Shown here one piece after another: positions 9,153-18,503 of a stretch of 64,000 nucleotides of DNA. How positions within the stretch are numbered: the stretch's first letter is position 1; each line of letters opens with the position of its first letter. A program made the position numbers and the translations under genes. The DNA is taken from assembly GCA_043812955.1 (NCBI GenBank), contig JBDRLN010000066.1, positions 885 to 64,884 of the forward strand, in the 5' to 3' direction. Source of the DNA: Candidatus Omnitrophota bacterium (GTDB lineage: Bacteria > Omnitrophota > Gorgyraeia > Gygaellales > Profunditerraquicolaceae). A model generated the notes under the pieces. The model was not told where the DNA came from. It made no database searches and saw nothing but the letters and a program-made list of their open reading frames with translations.

Positions 9153-9213
9153 AAACAAAGCTAAAGTGTCCCTTTTTAGGGGACAGTTTAAGATCAGTTT
9201 CAGAACCGTCCCT
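9132..9213. repeat. Palindromic element family A (GGGACGGTTCT...AGAACCGTCCC with inner GTCCC/GGGAC hairpin), copy 1, overlapping the lgt stop
   Basis: Terminal inverted repeats; near-identical copies at 34618-34699 and 44698-44779. Confidence 0.9.
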
Positions 9214-9228
9214 AAAGTTTAGGAAAGA

Positions 9229-11400
9229 ATGAATAATAAAATAGTGCTGGATATTTATGGAATGCATTGCGCCTCTTGCGCTTTAAATATCGAGCAAGCC
9301 TTGATAAAAGTTGCTGGAGTAATTAGTTCCCGGGTTAATTTTGCCTCTGAAAAGGCTTATATAGAATTTGATCCCCAAGAGTTGAAGGTCCAGGATTTTA
9401 TCCGGATAATTGAACAAGCCGGGTATAAAGCTGATGTCCCCGGAACAATGGATGCGGAAAAAGAAATCCGGGATAAGGAAATTAAGGTCTTAAGGATAAA
9501 ATTCATTATCGCCCTAGTTTTTTCATCCATCCTGATGGCTATATCAATGATAAATCACTCTCAAATAGTCCTAACCCAGTTTATCTTATCGACTGCGGTA
9601 TTAATCTGCGGCTATAAGTTTTTTTCCCAGGGGATAACCGTGCTATTGAGGAATAAGCGGGCGAATATGTATACTTTAGTGGCTTTAGGGGTAGGCAGCG
9701 CCTATTTTTATAGCCTAGGAGCAAGTTTCTTTAAAGGAGCTAATCTTTATTATGAGGCAGCAGCTTTTTTACTTACTTTTATTTTATTAGGCAAATACTT
9801 GGAGGCAGTGACTAAGAGGAAGACCTCTCAGGCGATCAGGCGTTTATGGGGATTGCGTCCTAAAACAGCCTTGGTTATCCGCCAAGGCAAGGAAGAAGAA
9901 ATCACCGTAGAGGAATTGATAGTCGGGGATATTATTATTGTTAAACCCGGCCAACGGATCCCAGTAGATGGTAAAGTTGTGGAAGGTTATTCCAGTGTAG
10001 ACGAGTCAATGGTTACTGGCGAAAGCCTGCCGATAGAAAAGACTATTAATTCCCCGGTTATAGGCGGGACTATCAATAAATCCGGTTCTTTTAAATTTCA
10101 AGCTGTTAAAATCGGCAAAGATACGATTCTTGTCCAGATCATTAAATTAGTTGAAGAGGCTCAGGGGTCAAAGGTCCCTATCCAAAAGTTGGCGGATAAA
10201 GTCTCAAGCTTTTTTGTGCCAGCGGTTTTATTAATAGGGATACTGACATTTATAATCTGGTTTTTTTGGGTAAAAAATCCGGATCTGGCCTTAAATAATT
10301 TTATCTCGGTGTTAATCATCGCCTGTCCTTGTGCCTTGGGGCTAGCTACTCCTACTGCAGCGATGATGGGTACCGGAATAGGCGCTAATAAAGGCATACT
10401 TATAAAAAATGCCTCTAGCCTGGAAATCTGCCATAAGGCCCAGGTAATTGTTTTTGATAAAACCGGGACTTTAACCGAAGGAAGGCCATCCTTGACTGAT
10501 ATTGTTTTAATTAAGGCTAAAGACAGACAGGAAGTTTTAAAATATGCTGCCATAGCCGAAAAGCGCTCAGAGCATCCTTTGGCTGAAGCTATCTGTGCAG
10601 AGGCTAAAAAAGAAAATTTAGATATTCCTGAACCGGATTTATTTAATTCTCTGGCTGGAAAAGGGGTGATCGCCAGGTTTAATTCGGGGGTAATAATTTT
10701 AGGGAACAGAAAACTGTTTAGCGATAGAAAGATAGATTATTCTTTTCTTGAAGATAGGCTAACGGCATTAGAAATACAGGGTAAGACTGTAATGATGGTA
10801 GGTTTCAATAATGAGATTTTAGGTATTTTGGCTCTGGCAGACACATTAAAGGAATCCGCGAAACATACGGTAGGGGCATTAAACAAAATGGGTAAAGAAG
10901 TTTTAATGGTTAGCGGGGACAACCTGTCTACGGCTAAGGCGATCGCCCGCCAGGCAGGCATTGAAAAAGTATTGGCCGAGGTTTTACCGCAGGATAAAGT
11001 CCAGGAGATAAAGAAAATCCAGGCTAAGGGTTTAAGCGTGGCTATGGTCGGCGATGGGATCAATGATGCCCCGGCATTGGCCCAGGCAGATATAGGTATT
11101 GCTATAGGTGCGGGAACAGACATAGCTTTGGAGTCGGCAGATATCGTTTTGATCAGGGATGACTTAAGAGGTGTGATCTTAGCTATGGATTTATCAAGGT
11201 ACACCTTAAGAAAGATACGCCAGAATCTTTTTTGGGTTTTTTTTTATAATACTATAAGTATACCTATAGCCGCGGGCGCACTTTATCCATTTTTTAAGGT
11301 CTTGCTAAATCCTGTAGTCGCTGCCCTAGCCATGACTTTTAGCTCAGTTTCAGTTGTGGTTAATTCGCTTATGATGAAAAGATACCGTTTTAAACAGTAA
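9229..11400 (+). CDS. copA: Cu(I)-translocating P1B-type ATPase
   Basis: GMHCASC HMA domain, TGES, CPC, DKTGT, SEHP, GDGINDAP, YN and MTFSS. Confidence 0.95.
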   Translation: MNNKIVLDIYGMHCASCALNIEQALIKVAGVISSRVNFASEKAYIEFDPQELKVQDFIRIIEQAGYKADVPGTMDAEKEIRDKEIKVLRIKFIIALVFSSILMAISMINHSQIVLTQFILSTAVLICGYKFFSQGITVLLRNKRANMYTLVALGVGSAYFYSLGASFFKGANLYYEAAAFLLTFILLGKYLEAVTKRKTSQAIRRLWGLRPKTALVIRQGKEEEITVEELIVGDIIIVKPGQRIPVDGKVVEGYSSVDESMVTGESLPIEKTINSPVIGGTINKSGSFKFQAVKIGKDTILVQIIKLVEEAQGSKVPIQKLADKVSSFFVPAVLLIGILTFIIWFFWVKNPDLALNNFISVLIIACPCALGLATPTAAMMGTGIGANKGILIKNASSLEICHKAQVIVFDKTGTLTEGRPSLTDIVLIKAKDRQEVLKYAAIAEKRSEHPLAEAICAEAKKENLDIPEPDLFNSLAGKGVIARFNSGVIILGNRKLFSDRKIDYSFLEDRLTALEIQGKTVMMVGFNNEILGILALADTLKESAKHTVGALNKMGKEVLMVSGDNLSTAKAIARQAGIEKVLAEVLPQDKVQEIKKIQAKGLSVAMVGDGINDAPALAQADIGIAIGAGTDIALESADIVLIRDDLRGVILAMDLSRYTLRKIRQNLFWVFFYNTISIPIAAGALYPFFKVLLNPVVAALAMTFSSVSVVVNSLMMKRYRFKQ

Positions 11401-11548
11401 CAAGTGTTTTTTGAGCGGATTCATTTGCTTAAAGCGGATAATCTTGGTATAATTTAACGAAATAAATATCAAAAGAACGGCTGATTAAATAATACACCCC
11501 GCTTAATCGAATCGGCGGGTGTCCCGTCCACTGCGGGAGGAGGCTAAA

Positions 11549-11770
11549 ATGCGCGAACAGATAGAGAAGGCTTTAGATAAAGTAAGAGGAATGCTGGCTA
11601 TGGATGGCGGAAATGTGGAATTAGTGGATGTTTCCGAAGACGGGATAGTGAAGGTTAAACTTACCGGTTCCTGCGGCTGCTGCCCGATGAGTGAGATGAC
11701 TTTAAAGATGGGTATTGAGCGGGCCTTAAAACAAGAAGTCCCTCAGATAAAAGCGGTGGTTGCGGTATAA
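11549..11770 (+). CDS. NifU/NfuA C-terminal domain Fe-S carrier
   Basis: DGGNVELV...LTGSCGCCPMSEMTLKMGIE; SD GGAGG before ATG 11549. Confidence 0.9.
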   Translation: MREQIEKALDKVRGMLAMDGGNVELVDVSEDGIVKVKLTGSCGCCPMSEMTLKMGIERALKQEVPQIKAVVAV

Positions 11771-11863
11771 TTACCAAGCGTATAGTTTTACATTTCCTTC
11801 TGCGGCTGGCGTATAAATCGACCTGACCTACCTACTCCTTGGAAGTGCATTTCTAAAATAACA

Positions 11864-12700
11864 ATGCAAGATAAAATTCTGGATTTTTTAAAGCTAAAGC
11901 AGGAAATTTCAAGCGGCCATCCGGAGGAATTATCCTGCGCGAACATAACCCATCAATTGCATACCAGATTCATCGGTCGCAAGGTTTATTATTTTCAAAA
12001 GGTCGCTTCTACAATGGATGTGGCAATGCAATGGGTTACTAAGGGTGCCTGCGAAGGGACTCTGGTTCTGGCTGAGACCCAGACTAAAGGCAGAGGCAGG
12101 CTAGGCAGGATCTGGTCTTCTCCGAAATACAAAGGCATATACCTGTCTTTGATCTTAAAGCCCAAGATCTTGCCTTCTGAAGCCCCTATATTTACTTTTT
12201 TGGCTTCAGTATCCATCTGCGAGGCGATTAAGGAGGCGGCTGAACTGGAGGCCAGGATAAAATGGCCCAACGATATTTTAATTAAAAATAAAAAAGTCGG
12301 GGGGATATTAACTGAATTAGACGCGGAAATGGATGCGGTGCGTTTTTTGGTTATTGGAATAGGTTTGAATGTTAATAATGATATGGCGAGTATTGTTTCG
12401 GGCGCAACTTCTTTAAAGGAACAGAAGAAAGAGGAAATAAACCGGGTAGAAGTGCTTCGGGAATTACTCCGTCGGATTGAAGCTAATTATCTGGCTTTTC
12501 AAAAAGATGGGCCCAGGGTTATACTTGAGAAATGGCGGGACTACAATATTACCTTAGGAAAAAGGGTCCGGGTATCTTTTCACCAAGAGCATATTGAGGG
12601 AGAGGCGCTGGATATTGATATTGACGGCGCTCTTCTGGTGAGAAATGATTCCGGACTTATTCATAAGTTTACCGCTGGCGATGTTACTTTCTGTCGGTAA
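11864..12700 (+). CDS. birA: Biotin-[acetyl-CoA carboxylase] ligase
   Basis: QTKGRGRLGRIW, KWPND, KKVGGIL, GIGLNVN; HTH largely absent. Confidence 0.93.
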   Translation: MQDKILDFLKLKQEISSGHPEELSCANITHQLHTRFIGRKVYYFQKVASTMDVAMQWVTKGACEGTLVLAETQTKGRGRLGRIWSSPKYKGIYLSLILKPKILPSEAPIFTFLASVSICEAIKEAAELEARIKWPNDILIKNKKVGGILTELDAEMDAVRFLVIGIGLNVNNDMASIVSGATSLKEQKKEEINRVEVLRELLRRIEANYLAFQKDGPRVILEKWRDYNITLGKRVRVSFHQEHIEGEALDIDIDGALLVRNDSGLIHKFTAGDVTFCR

Positions 12701-12708
12701 AAAGAAGA

Positions 12709-12737
12709 TTGCTCTTAGGCTAAGATTAAGGTATAAT
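12709..12737 (+). promoter_or_regulatory. Sigma70-like promoter of the nadA operon
   Basis: TTGCTC-17 nt-TATAAT. Confidence 0.55.
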
Positions 12738-12765
12738 CACCAGAAATCCGGATTTTAGGTTTAAT

Positions 12766-12828
12766 ATCCCGCAATAGTCATTGCGGGATCGAGTAAAATT
12801 TAATCGCCAGCCGGCAAATTTTACTTGA
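12766..12828 (+). repeat. Two-hairpin structured element (family E) in the nadA 5' leader
   Basis: atcccgcaat-agtc-attgcgggat, then cgagtaaaattt-aatcgccagccggc-aaattttacttg; same architecture with compensatory changes at 28263-28324. Confidence 0.7.
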
Positions 12829-12841
12829 AAAGGAGTTTTAG

Positions 12842-13765
12842 ATGCTTAAGAATTTATTCCAGTTTAGCTTGGAAGATAAAATCAAAGAGTTGAAGAAAAA
12901 ACGCGCTGCTGTGATCCTGGCTCATAATTACCAGCTTCCGGAAGTCCAGGATGTGGCTGATTATCGCGGAGATTCTTTAGAGTTAAGCCGGATTGCCGCT
13001 AAAATAGACGCTAAAGTGATTATTTTTTGCGGGGTGTATTTTATGGTTGAGACTGCGTCAATTCTTTGCCCGGACAAGAAGATAATTATGCCGGATATAT
13101 CTGCCGGCTGCCCTATGGCAAGTATGATTACTGCTGAGGGCTTGAGAAAATTAAAAAGAGAGCATCCTGATGCCGTTGTGGTAGGTTATGTCAATACCCC
13201 GGCAGAGGTTAAGGCAGAATTGGATGTTTGTTGTACCTCAACCAATGCCGTAGCAGTGGTCAATGCCCTGAAAGACGCTAAGGATATTATATTTGTTCCG
13301 GATAAATACCTGGCAGATTATGTCTCTAAAAAAACCGGCAGAAAACTGATCTCCTGGAATGGGTTTTGTCCTACTCACGTTCAGATACTGCCGGAAGATA
13401 TTAAAAGAGAGAAGAAATTTCATCCTAAGGCTAAAGTCATAGTCCATCCGGAATGCCTACCGGAGGTAGTGGCTATGGCAGATGAGGCATTATCAACCAG
13501 CAGGATGGCCCAGTTTTCTAAAGAGACCTCGGCAAAAGAGATTATAGTAGGGACTGAGGTGGGCATTATTTTTCGCTTGAAGAAGGACAATCCGGATAAA
13601 GAATTTTATCCTGCTTCTGAACGGGCAGTTTGCCCGAATATGAAACGTACTACCCAGGAGAAGATCCTTTGGTCTTTGCAGGAGTTAAAGGATGAGGTAA
13701 GGGTATCCGACGATATCCGGCGCCGGGCAATTAAGGCTATTGAAAAGATGCTTAAAATAGTCTGA
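12842..13765 (+). CDS. nadA: Quinolinate synthase
   Basis: ILAHNYQ, GDSLELS, FCGVYFM, AGCPMA, YVNT, CTSTNA, HPEC, CPNMK. Confidence 0.96.
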   Translation: MLKNLFQFSLEDKIKELKKKRAAVILAHNYQLPEVQDVADYRGDSLELSRIAAKIDAKVIIFCGVYFMVETASILCPDKKIIMPDISAGCPMASMITAEGLRKLKREHPDAVVVGYVNTPAEVKAELDVCCTSTNAVAVVNALKDAKDIIFVPDKYLADYVSKKTGRKLISWNGFCPTHVQILPEDIKREKKFHPKAKVIVHPECLPEVVAMADEALSTSRMAQFSKETSAKEIIVGTEVGIIFRLKKDNPDKEFYPASERAVCPNMKRTTQEKILWSLQELKDEVRVSDDIRRRAIKAIEKMLKIV

Positions 13766-14421
13766 TGCAGGATTATTTTAAATATAAACTCAGCAATATA
13801 CCGGTAGTTTATGAAGATGAGTGGCTTTTGATTGTAGATAAGCCGCCCGGGCTCTTAACTATCCCTACGCCCAAGAAGGATTCCCGGACTTTAACCAGCA
13901 TTTTGAATGAGGAGATGAAGAAGAAGGGTGGAGTATTTAATCTTCACCCCTGTCATCGTTTGGATAAAGAGACTTCAGGCTTAATCATTTATGCTAAGGG
14001 TAAATCCGCGCAGCAGAAAATGATGGGGCTGTTTCATCAGCGTAAAGTTGATAAAGTCTATATTGCTTTTGTCCAGGGTAATTTAGCCAGAGATGAAGGA
14101 GAAATTAAAAACCGGATTGAAGGAAAAAACGCTCTTACCCGGTATAAGGTTTGTCAGCGGAAAAAAGATTTTAGCGTTGTTGAAATCCGGCCTTTAACCG
14201 GGAGGACGAATCAGATCAGGATCCATTTTAAACAAATCGGCTATCCTATTGTCGGCGATGATAAATTCGTTTTCCGTAAAGACTTTGCCTTAAGGTCAAA
14301 ACATCTATGCCTGCAGGCCAAGGCGCTAAGGTTCTCTCATCCGGTTAACGCTAAAATGATTAGCCTAGATATACCTTTATCCAGATACCTGGGCGATTTT
14401 TTAGGAAAACACCAATGTTAA
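13765..14421 (+). CDS. RluA-family pseudouridine synthase
   Basis: VDKPPGL, HRLDKETSG, TGRTNQIRIH. Confidence 0.93.
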   Translation: MQDYFKYKLSNIPVVYEDEWLLIVDKPPGLLTIPTPKKDSRTLTSILNEEMKKKGGVFNLHPCHRLDKETSGLIIYAKGKSAQQKMMGLFHQRKVDKVYIAFVQGNLARDEGEIKNRIEGKNALTRYKVCQRKKDFSVVEIRPLTGRTNQIRIHFKQIGYPIVGDDKFVFRKDFALRSKHLCLQAKALRFSHPVNAKMISLDIPLSRYLGDFLGKHQC

Positions 14422-15158
14422 AATATATCATTTTAGGCCTAACTCAAGGGTTGACTGAATTTTTACCTGTAAGTAGTTCTGGCCACCTGGTAATTATGCA
14501 GCGGATTTTAGGTTTAGCGGGAGAAGAATTAGTTTTGTCGGTAGTCTTACATTTAGGGACTGTATTATCCTTACTAGTTTTTTTCCATAAAGATATATTT
14601 AAATTACTGCGGAATTTTAGATGGGTATTGCTTATTCTTTTAGTTACAGTTATTACCGGAGCCATCGGAATATCCGGTAAAGATTTCTTTAAAAGTATGT
14701 TTTCCGCACCTGCGTATGTTAGTTTAGGGCTATTAGTGACAGGCGCAATCCTTATTCTGACTAAGAAGACCAGGGGTTATAAAAGGGAAGATTTAAATTT
14801 TAAAGACGCTTTAATTTTAGGAGTTACTCAAGCAATAGCCATTGTCCCTGGTATTTCTCGCTCCGGGATCACTATATCCACGCTATTATTGCGCGGAATA
14901 AAAGCGGATACTGTTTTTCGTTTCTCTTTTTTAGCCTCCATACCGGCAATTTTAGGCGCGGCCCTATTAGAGGCCAAGGATATAGCCTTGGTTTATCAAG
15001 GCCAGGCCGGAAATCTGATTGCCGGATTTATTTTTAGTTTTCTTGCCGGTATAATCGCCCTGTCATTATTACGCAAGATGATCTTAGATGCTAAATTCTA
15101 TTATTTTGGCTATTATTGTATAACCGTGGCTTTATTAATGTTTTTATTTATAAGATGA
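14415..15158 (+). CDS. uppP: Undecaprenyl-diphosphate phosphatase
   Basis: QGLTEFLPVSSSGH, PGISRSG. Confidence 0.95.
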   Translation: MLKYIILGLTQGLTEFLPVSSSGHLVIMQRILGLAGEELVLSVVLHLGTVLSLLVFFHKDIFKLLRNFRWVLLILLVTVITGAIGISGKDFFKSMFSAPAYVSLGLLVTGAILILTKKTRGYKREDLNFKDALILGVTQAIAIVPGISRSGITISTLLLRGIKADTVFRFSFLASIPAILGAALLEAKDIALVYQGQAGNLIAGFIFSFLAGIIALSLLRKMILDAKFYYFGYYCITVALLMFLFIR

Positions 15159-16054
15159 GCCTACTGGTATTAGGGACAGTTGCATTAGATACCGTAAAAA
15201 CTCCGTTTGGCTTGCGCAAAAGAATGCTGGGCGGTTCAGCTGTGCATTTTTCTATGTCAGCTCGCCTTTTCACTGTTATCCACTTAGTGGCGGTAGTGGG
15301 CGCAGATTTTCCTGCGGAGCATATCAATTTTTTAAAAGATAAGGGCATTATCCTGGATTCGTTGGTCCGTAGCTCCGGAAGAACTTTCTATTGGGAAGGT
15401 AAATACGAAGGGGATTTGAATTCTGCGATTACCCTGGATACGCAGTTAGGGGTACTCGCAGATTTTAAGCCCCGAGTCAGCTTTAAAGATAGATCGATCA
15501 AGAATATATTTCTGGCCAATATTGACCCGGATATTCAGCGGCATTTGTTAGAGGGCATGGATTCTCCGCGGATAGTAGCAGTGGATAGTATGAATTACTG
15601 GATAAACACGAAGCGCGCTTCTCTCCTGCGCCTGTTAAAAAGAGTGAATATTTATGTGGCTAATGACGCTGAGGCCAGGGGCTTATCCGGCGAGACCAAT
15701 CTGATCAAGGCTGCCAAACGTTTACGTTCTTTAGGTCCAGACATAGTCTTGATCAAGAAAGGCGAGCACGGCGTCTTGCTTTATAGTGATAAATTTAAAT
15801 TCATTCTGCCGGCATATCCGGTGGATAAAGTAATTGATCCCACGGGCGCGGGCGATACCTTTGCCGGTGGATTTATGGGATATCTTGCCAGGTGCGGAAA
15901 AATAAATAAACTCTCAATTAAAAAAGCGATTTGCTATGGGACTATCGCTGCTTCTTTTAATGTTGAGGGTTTTGGGGTAGAGAAGACCTGTCGGTTTAAC
16001 CTTAGGCAGTTGGAAAAAAGATTAAAGGAATTTAAAGATATAGTTATATTTTGA
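15155..16054 (+). CDS. PfkB family carbohydrate/nucleoside kinase
   Basis: LGGSA, DSMNYWI, KKGEHG, DPTGAGDTFAGG; start at ATG 15155 overlapping the uppP stop. Confidence 0.9.
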   Translation: MSLLVLGTVALDTVKTPFGLRKRMLGGSAVHFSMSARLFTVIHLVAVVGADFPAEHINFLKDKGIILDSLVRSSGRTFYWEGKYEGDLNSAITLDTQLGVLADFKPRVSFKDRSIKNIFLANIDPDIQRHLLEGMDSPRIVAVDSMNYWINTKRASLLRLLKRVNIYVANDAEARGLSGETNLIKAAKRLRSLGPDIVLIKKGEHGVLLYSDKFKFILPAYPVDKVIDPTGAGDTFAGGFMGYLARCGKINKLSIKKAICYGTIAASFNVEGFGVEKTCRFNLRQLEKRLKEFKDIVIF

Positions 16055-16065
16055 TAAATCTGTTC

Positions 16066-16148
16066 TATCCGCCTTCGTGCTTTAATAGAGCACGAAATAG
16101 CTCTGGCGCGCTACGGCGGATCTCACTTAATGTCTGCCTTCGGCAGAC
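16066..16148. repeat. Palindromic element family C (TATCCGCCTTCG...GCTACGGCGGAT) with a nested hairpin, followed by GTCTGCC-TTC-GGCAGAC
   Basis: Ends match the reverse complement of the carA insert at 34013-34042. Confidence 0.7.
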
Positions 16149-16169
16149 GTATCTAGGTGCTCGAGGAGG

Positions 16170-16622
16170 TTGAAGATGCTGGAAGATAAAATATTCATGG
16201 ACTATAAAGATGCGCTGAAAAATAAGGATAGCTTAAAAAGCAGTATTTTAAGTTTTTTACGGGCTCAGTTTATGAACCTGGCCCTAGAAAAGAAAAAGGA
16301 TAAACTGGATGATGCTGATTGCATGTCGGTGATCAAAAAGCTGATTAAGCAGCATCAGGATTCTATAGAGCAGTTTACCAAAGGAGCCAGGCTAGATTTG
16401 GTTGATAAAGAAGCAAAAGAAATGGAGATCCTCAAAAGCTATCTGCCCAAAGAATTAGGCCTGGATGAACTTAAAAAGCTGATTGAAGAAGTTATCCTTT
16501 TAACCGGCGCCGCGGGTATGAAAGATATGGGCAAGGTGATCAAAGAGGTAATGGCTAAATCCGCCGGAGCCTGTGATAATAAATTAGTCAGTGATTTGAT
16601 TAAACTGAGGCTTACTAGTTAA
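16170..16622 (+). CDS. GatB/YqeY domain protein
   Basis: DYKDALK..DSIEQF..GARLDL..KE..E..ILKSYLP..GMKDMGKV. Confidence 0.92.
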   Translation: MKMLEDKIFMDYKDALKNKDSLKSSILSFLRAQFMNLALEKKKDKLDDADCMSVIKKLIKQHQDSIEQFTKGARLDLVDKEAKEMEILKSYLPKELGLDELKKLIEEVILLTGAAGMKDMGKVIKEVMAKSAGACDNKLVSDLIKLRLTS

Positions 16623-16625
16623 AAG

Positions 16626-17825
16626 ATGTTTTCCTCTCTTTCTGTCCCGAACTACCGCTTATATTGGAGCGGGATGTTTATCTCCCTTACCGGAAACTGG
16701 ATTCAGATCGTAGCTTTGAGCTGGCTGGTATTTCAGCTGACCAACTCCGCTTTTTTACTGGGGGTGGTGGGTTTTTTAAGCTCGATCCCGATATTTTTGT
16801 TTTCTTTATTCGGGGGAGTAATCGCGGACCGGATGAATAAGCGCAATGTGCTTTTATTCACCCAGGTAGTTTTTATGGCCTTGGCTTTTATTTTAGCCAT
16901 TCTGACTCAGATAAAATTAATCACCCCCGGACAGATAATGCTTATTGCCGTTTTAAATGGAACGATTATGGCTTTTGACGCGCCCAGCCGCCAGGCAATG
17001 GTTGTGGAATTGGTAGGGAAAAAGCATTTAATGAACGCTATTGCCTTAAATTCTGTTGCCTTCAATTCCAGCCGGATCATCGGCCCGGCCTTAGCCGGTA
17101 TATTTGTAAGCCTTATCGGGATGAGCGGATGTTTTTATATTAATGCCCTAAGTTTTATAGCGGTTATTATCGCCCTTTTATTCATTAATATAACCAAAGT
17201 AAGGGGTGCTTTCGGAAAGAGCGCGGGCGCAATCGCGGATTTAAAAGAAGGATTAATGTTTATCCGGGATAATCCTTTAATATTGATATTAGTAGCGATG
17301 ATCGGGATTATGAGCCTGTTTGGCACGTCTTACGCTATCCTGATGCCGATATTCGCCAATGATATTTTGAAAGTCGGGGTTAAGGGCTTAGGGATTTTGA
17401 TGTCTTCTGCCGGTGTAGGCGCGGTAATCGCGTCTTTAGTTCTGGCCAGGCTGGGAGATTTCAAATATAAAGGATATTTATTAATAATATCGTCCTTGGT
17501 ATTTTCGCTTTCCTTAATTTTATTTTCTTTCTCCCGCTCATATTTACTTTCAATCTTTAGTTTGATCCTGATGGGCTGGGGTAATGTCAGTTTGTTCGCC
17601 TTGGTCAATACCATATTGCAGTCTACGGTTAAAGATGAATTCCGGGGAAGGATAATGAGCGTATATATGTTCACCTTTGCCGGAATGATGCCTTTTGGTA
17701 ACTTAATCTCCGGAAGCCTGGCCTCTAAAACCGGCGCTCCTTTTGCTGTGATGTTGGGGGGAGTTATCTGCCTGATTTTATTTTTAGCCATTGGTATCCG
17801 ATACTCGGATTTAAGAAGGCTTTAA
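16626..17825 (+). CDS. MFS transporter (EntS/DHA3-like)
   Basis: About 12 TM segments, GGVIADRMNKR, PSRQA, RIIGPALAG, RGRIMS. Confidence 0.9.
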   Translation: MFSSLSVPNYRLYWSGMFISLTGNWIQIVALSWLVFQLTNSAFLLGVVGFLSSIPIFLFSLFGGVIADRMNKRNVLLFTQVVFMALAFILAILTQIKLITPGQIMLIAVLNGTIMAFDAPSRQAMVVELVGKKHLMNAIALNSVAFNSSRIIGPALAGIFVSLIGMSGCFYINALSFIAVIIALLFINITKVRGAFGKSAGAIADLKEGLMFIRDNPLILILVAMIGIMSLFGTSYAILMPIFANDILKVGVKGLGILMSSAGVGAVIASLVLARLGDFKYKGYLLIISSLVFSLSLILFSFSRSYLLSIFSLILMGWGNVSLFALVNTILQSTVKDEFRGRIMSVYMFTFAGMMPFGNLISGSLASKTGAPFAVMLGGVICLILFLAIGIRYSDLRRL

Positions 17826-17887
17826 ATATTTCATTTGATTTTTTACTAGGAAGTAATATAATGATTTTAGGAAGGGAGGAATATTAG

Positions 17888-18406
17888 ATGAAGAAATTTG
17901 GTTTTATAATATTAACTTTAGCGGTGGTTGTGGCTCTGGCTGGCTGTGGCAAAAAGCAGGAGGCTTTAGAGCAGATGCAGCAGCCTATGGCGCCTGAAGA
18001 TTTAAGCAGGCTTAAGACTGAAAGCTTGGTTGCTATAGAAGTAAGGCCAGAGGCTATGCCTCAAGGCCAAAAAGTAAATGCGCAAGCTTTGCAGTCTCAA
18101 ATAGCGGTAGCGCCGATACCTGAGGTAAAGCTGGAACCGTTACCCCCATCTGGCCCCTTTAGGCCTGCAGTTAATGAGATCCAGACAGCTTTAAAGAATG
18201 CCGGTCTTTATATTGGTAAAGTTGATGGTAAGGCCGGACCGATGACCAAAAAGGCAGTCGAAGAATTTCAGAAAGCCAATAATCTTAAGGTAGATGGTAA
18301 GGTTGGACCTAAGACCTGGTCAGTATTAAGCCAGTATCTTAATCAGGAGCCGGCTCCAAAAGCGTCAACTCCATTAGTTTCTTCTGCCTCAAGCGAGAAG
18401 AGGTAG
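17888..18406 (+). CDS. Lipoprotein with peptidoglycan-binding domain
   Basis: LAGC lipobox; IQTALKNAGLY.GKVDG..G..T..AV..FQ..NNLKVDGKVGPKTW. Confidence 0.9.
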   Translation: MKKFGFIILTLAVVVALAGCGKKQEALEQMQQPMAPEDLSRLKTESLVAIEVRPEAMPQGQKVNAQALQSQIAVAPIPEVKLEPLPPSGPFRPAVNEIQTALKNAGLYIGKVDGKAGPMTKKAVEEFQKANNLKVDGKVGPKTWSVLSQYLNQEPAPKASTPLVSSASSEKR

Positions 18407-18443
18407 CTGAGCTTGAAAAATAAATAGCCTTATGCTATAAGTG

Positions 18444-18484
18444 TAGAAAATCCCAACATTTTTTGTTGGGATTTTCTATTTTTC
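18444..18484 (+). terminator. Intrinsic terminator
   Basis: tagaaaatcccaaca/tgttgggattttcta stem followed by a T-tract. Confidence 0.7.
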
Positions 18485-18503
18485 TCGTGGTATAATAACG
18501 CCT

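Noticed and set aside
11549-11770. Selenoprotein NifU-like protein
   Set aside because: The CGCC motif uses TGC codons; there is no in-frame TGA
12766-12828. Known NAD+ riboswitch upstream of nadA
   Set aside because: I cannot match it to the known consensus by eye, and the same motif occurs upstream of the gdhA promoter; kept as an unnamed motif pending an Rfam scan
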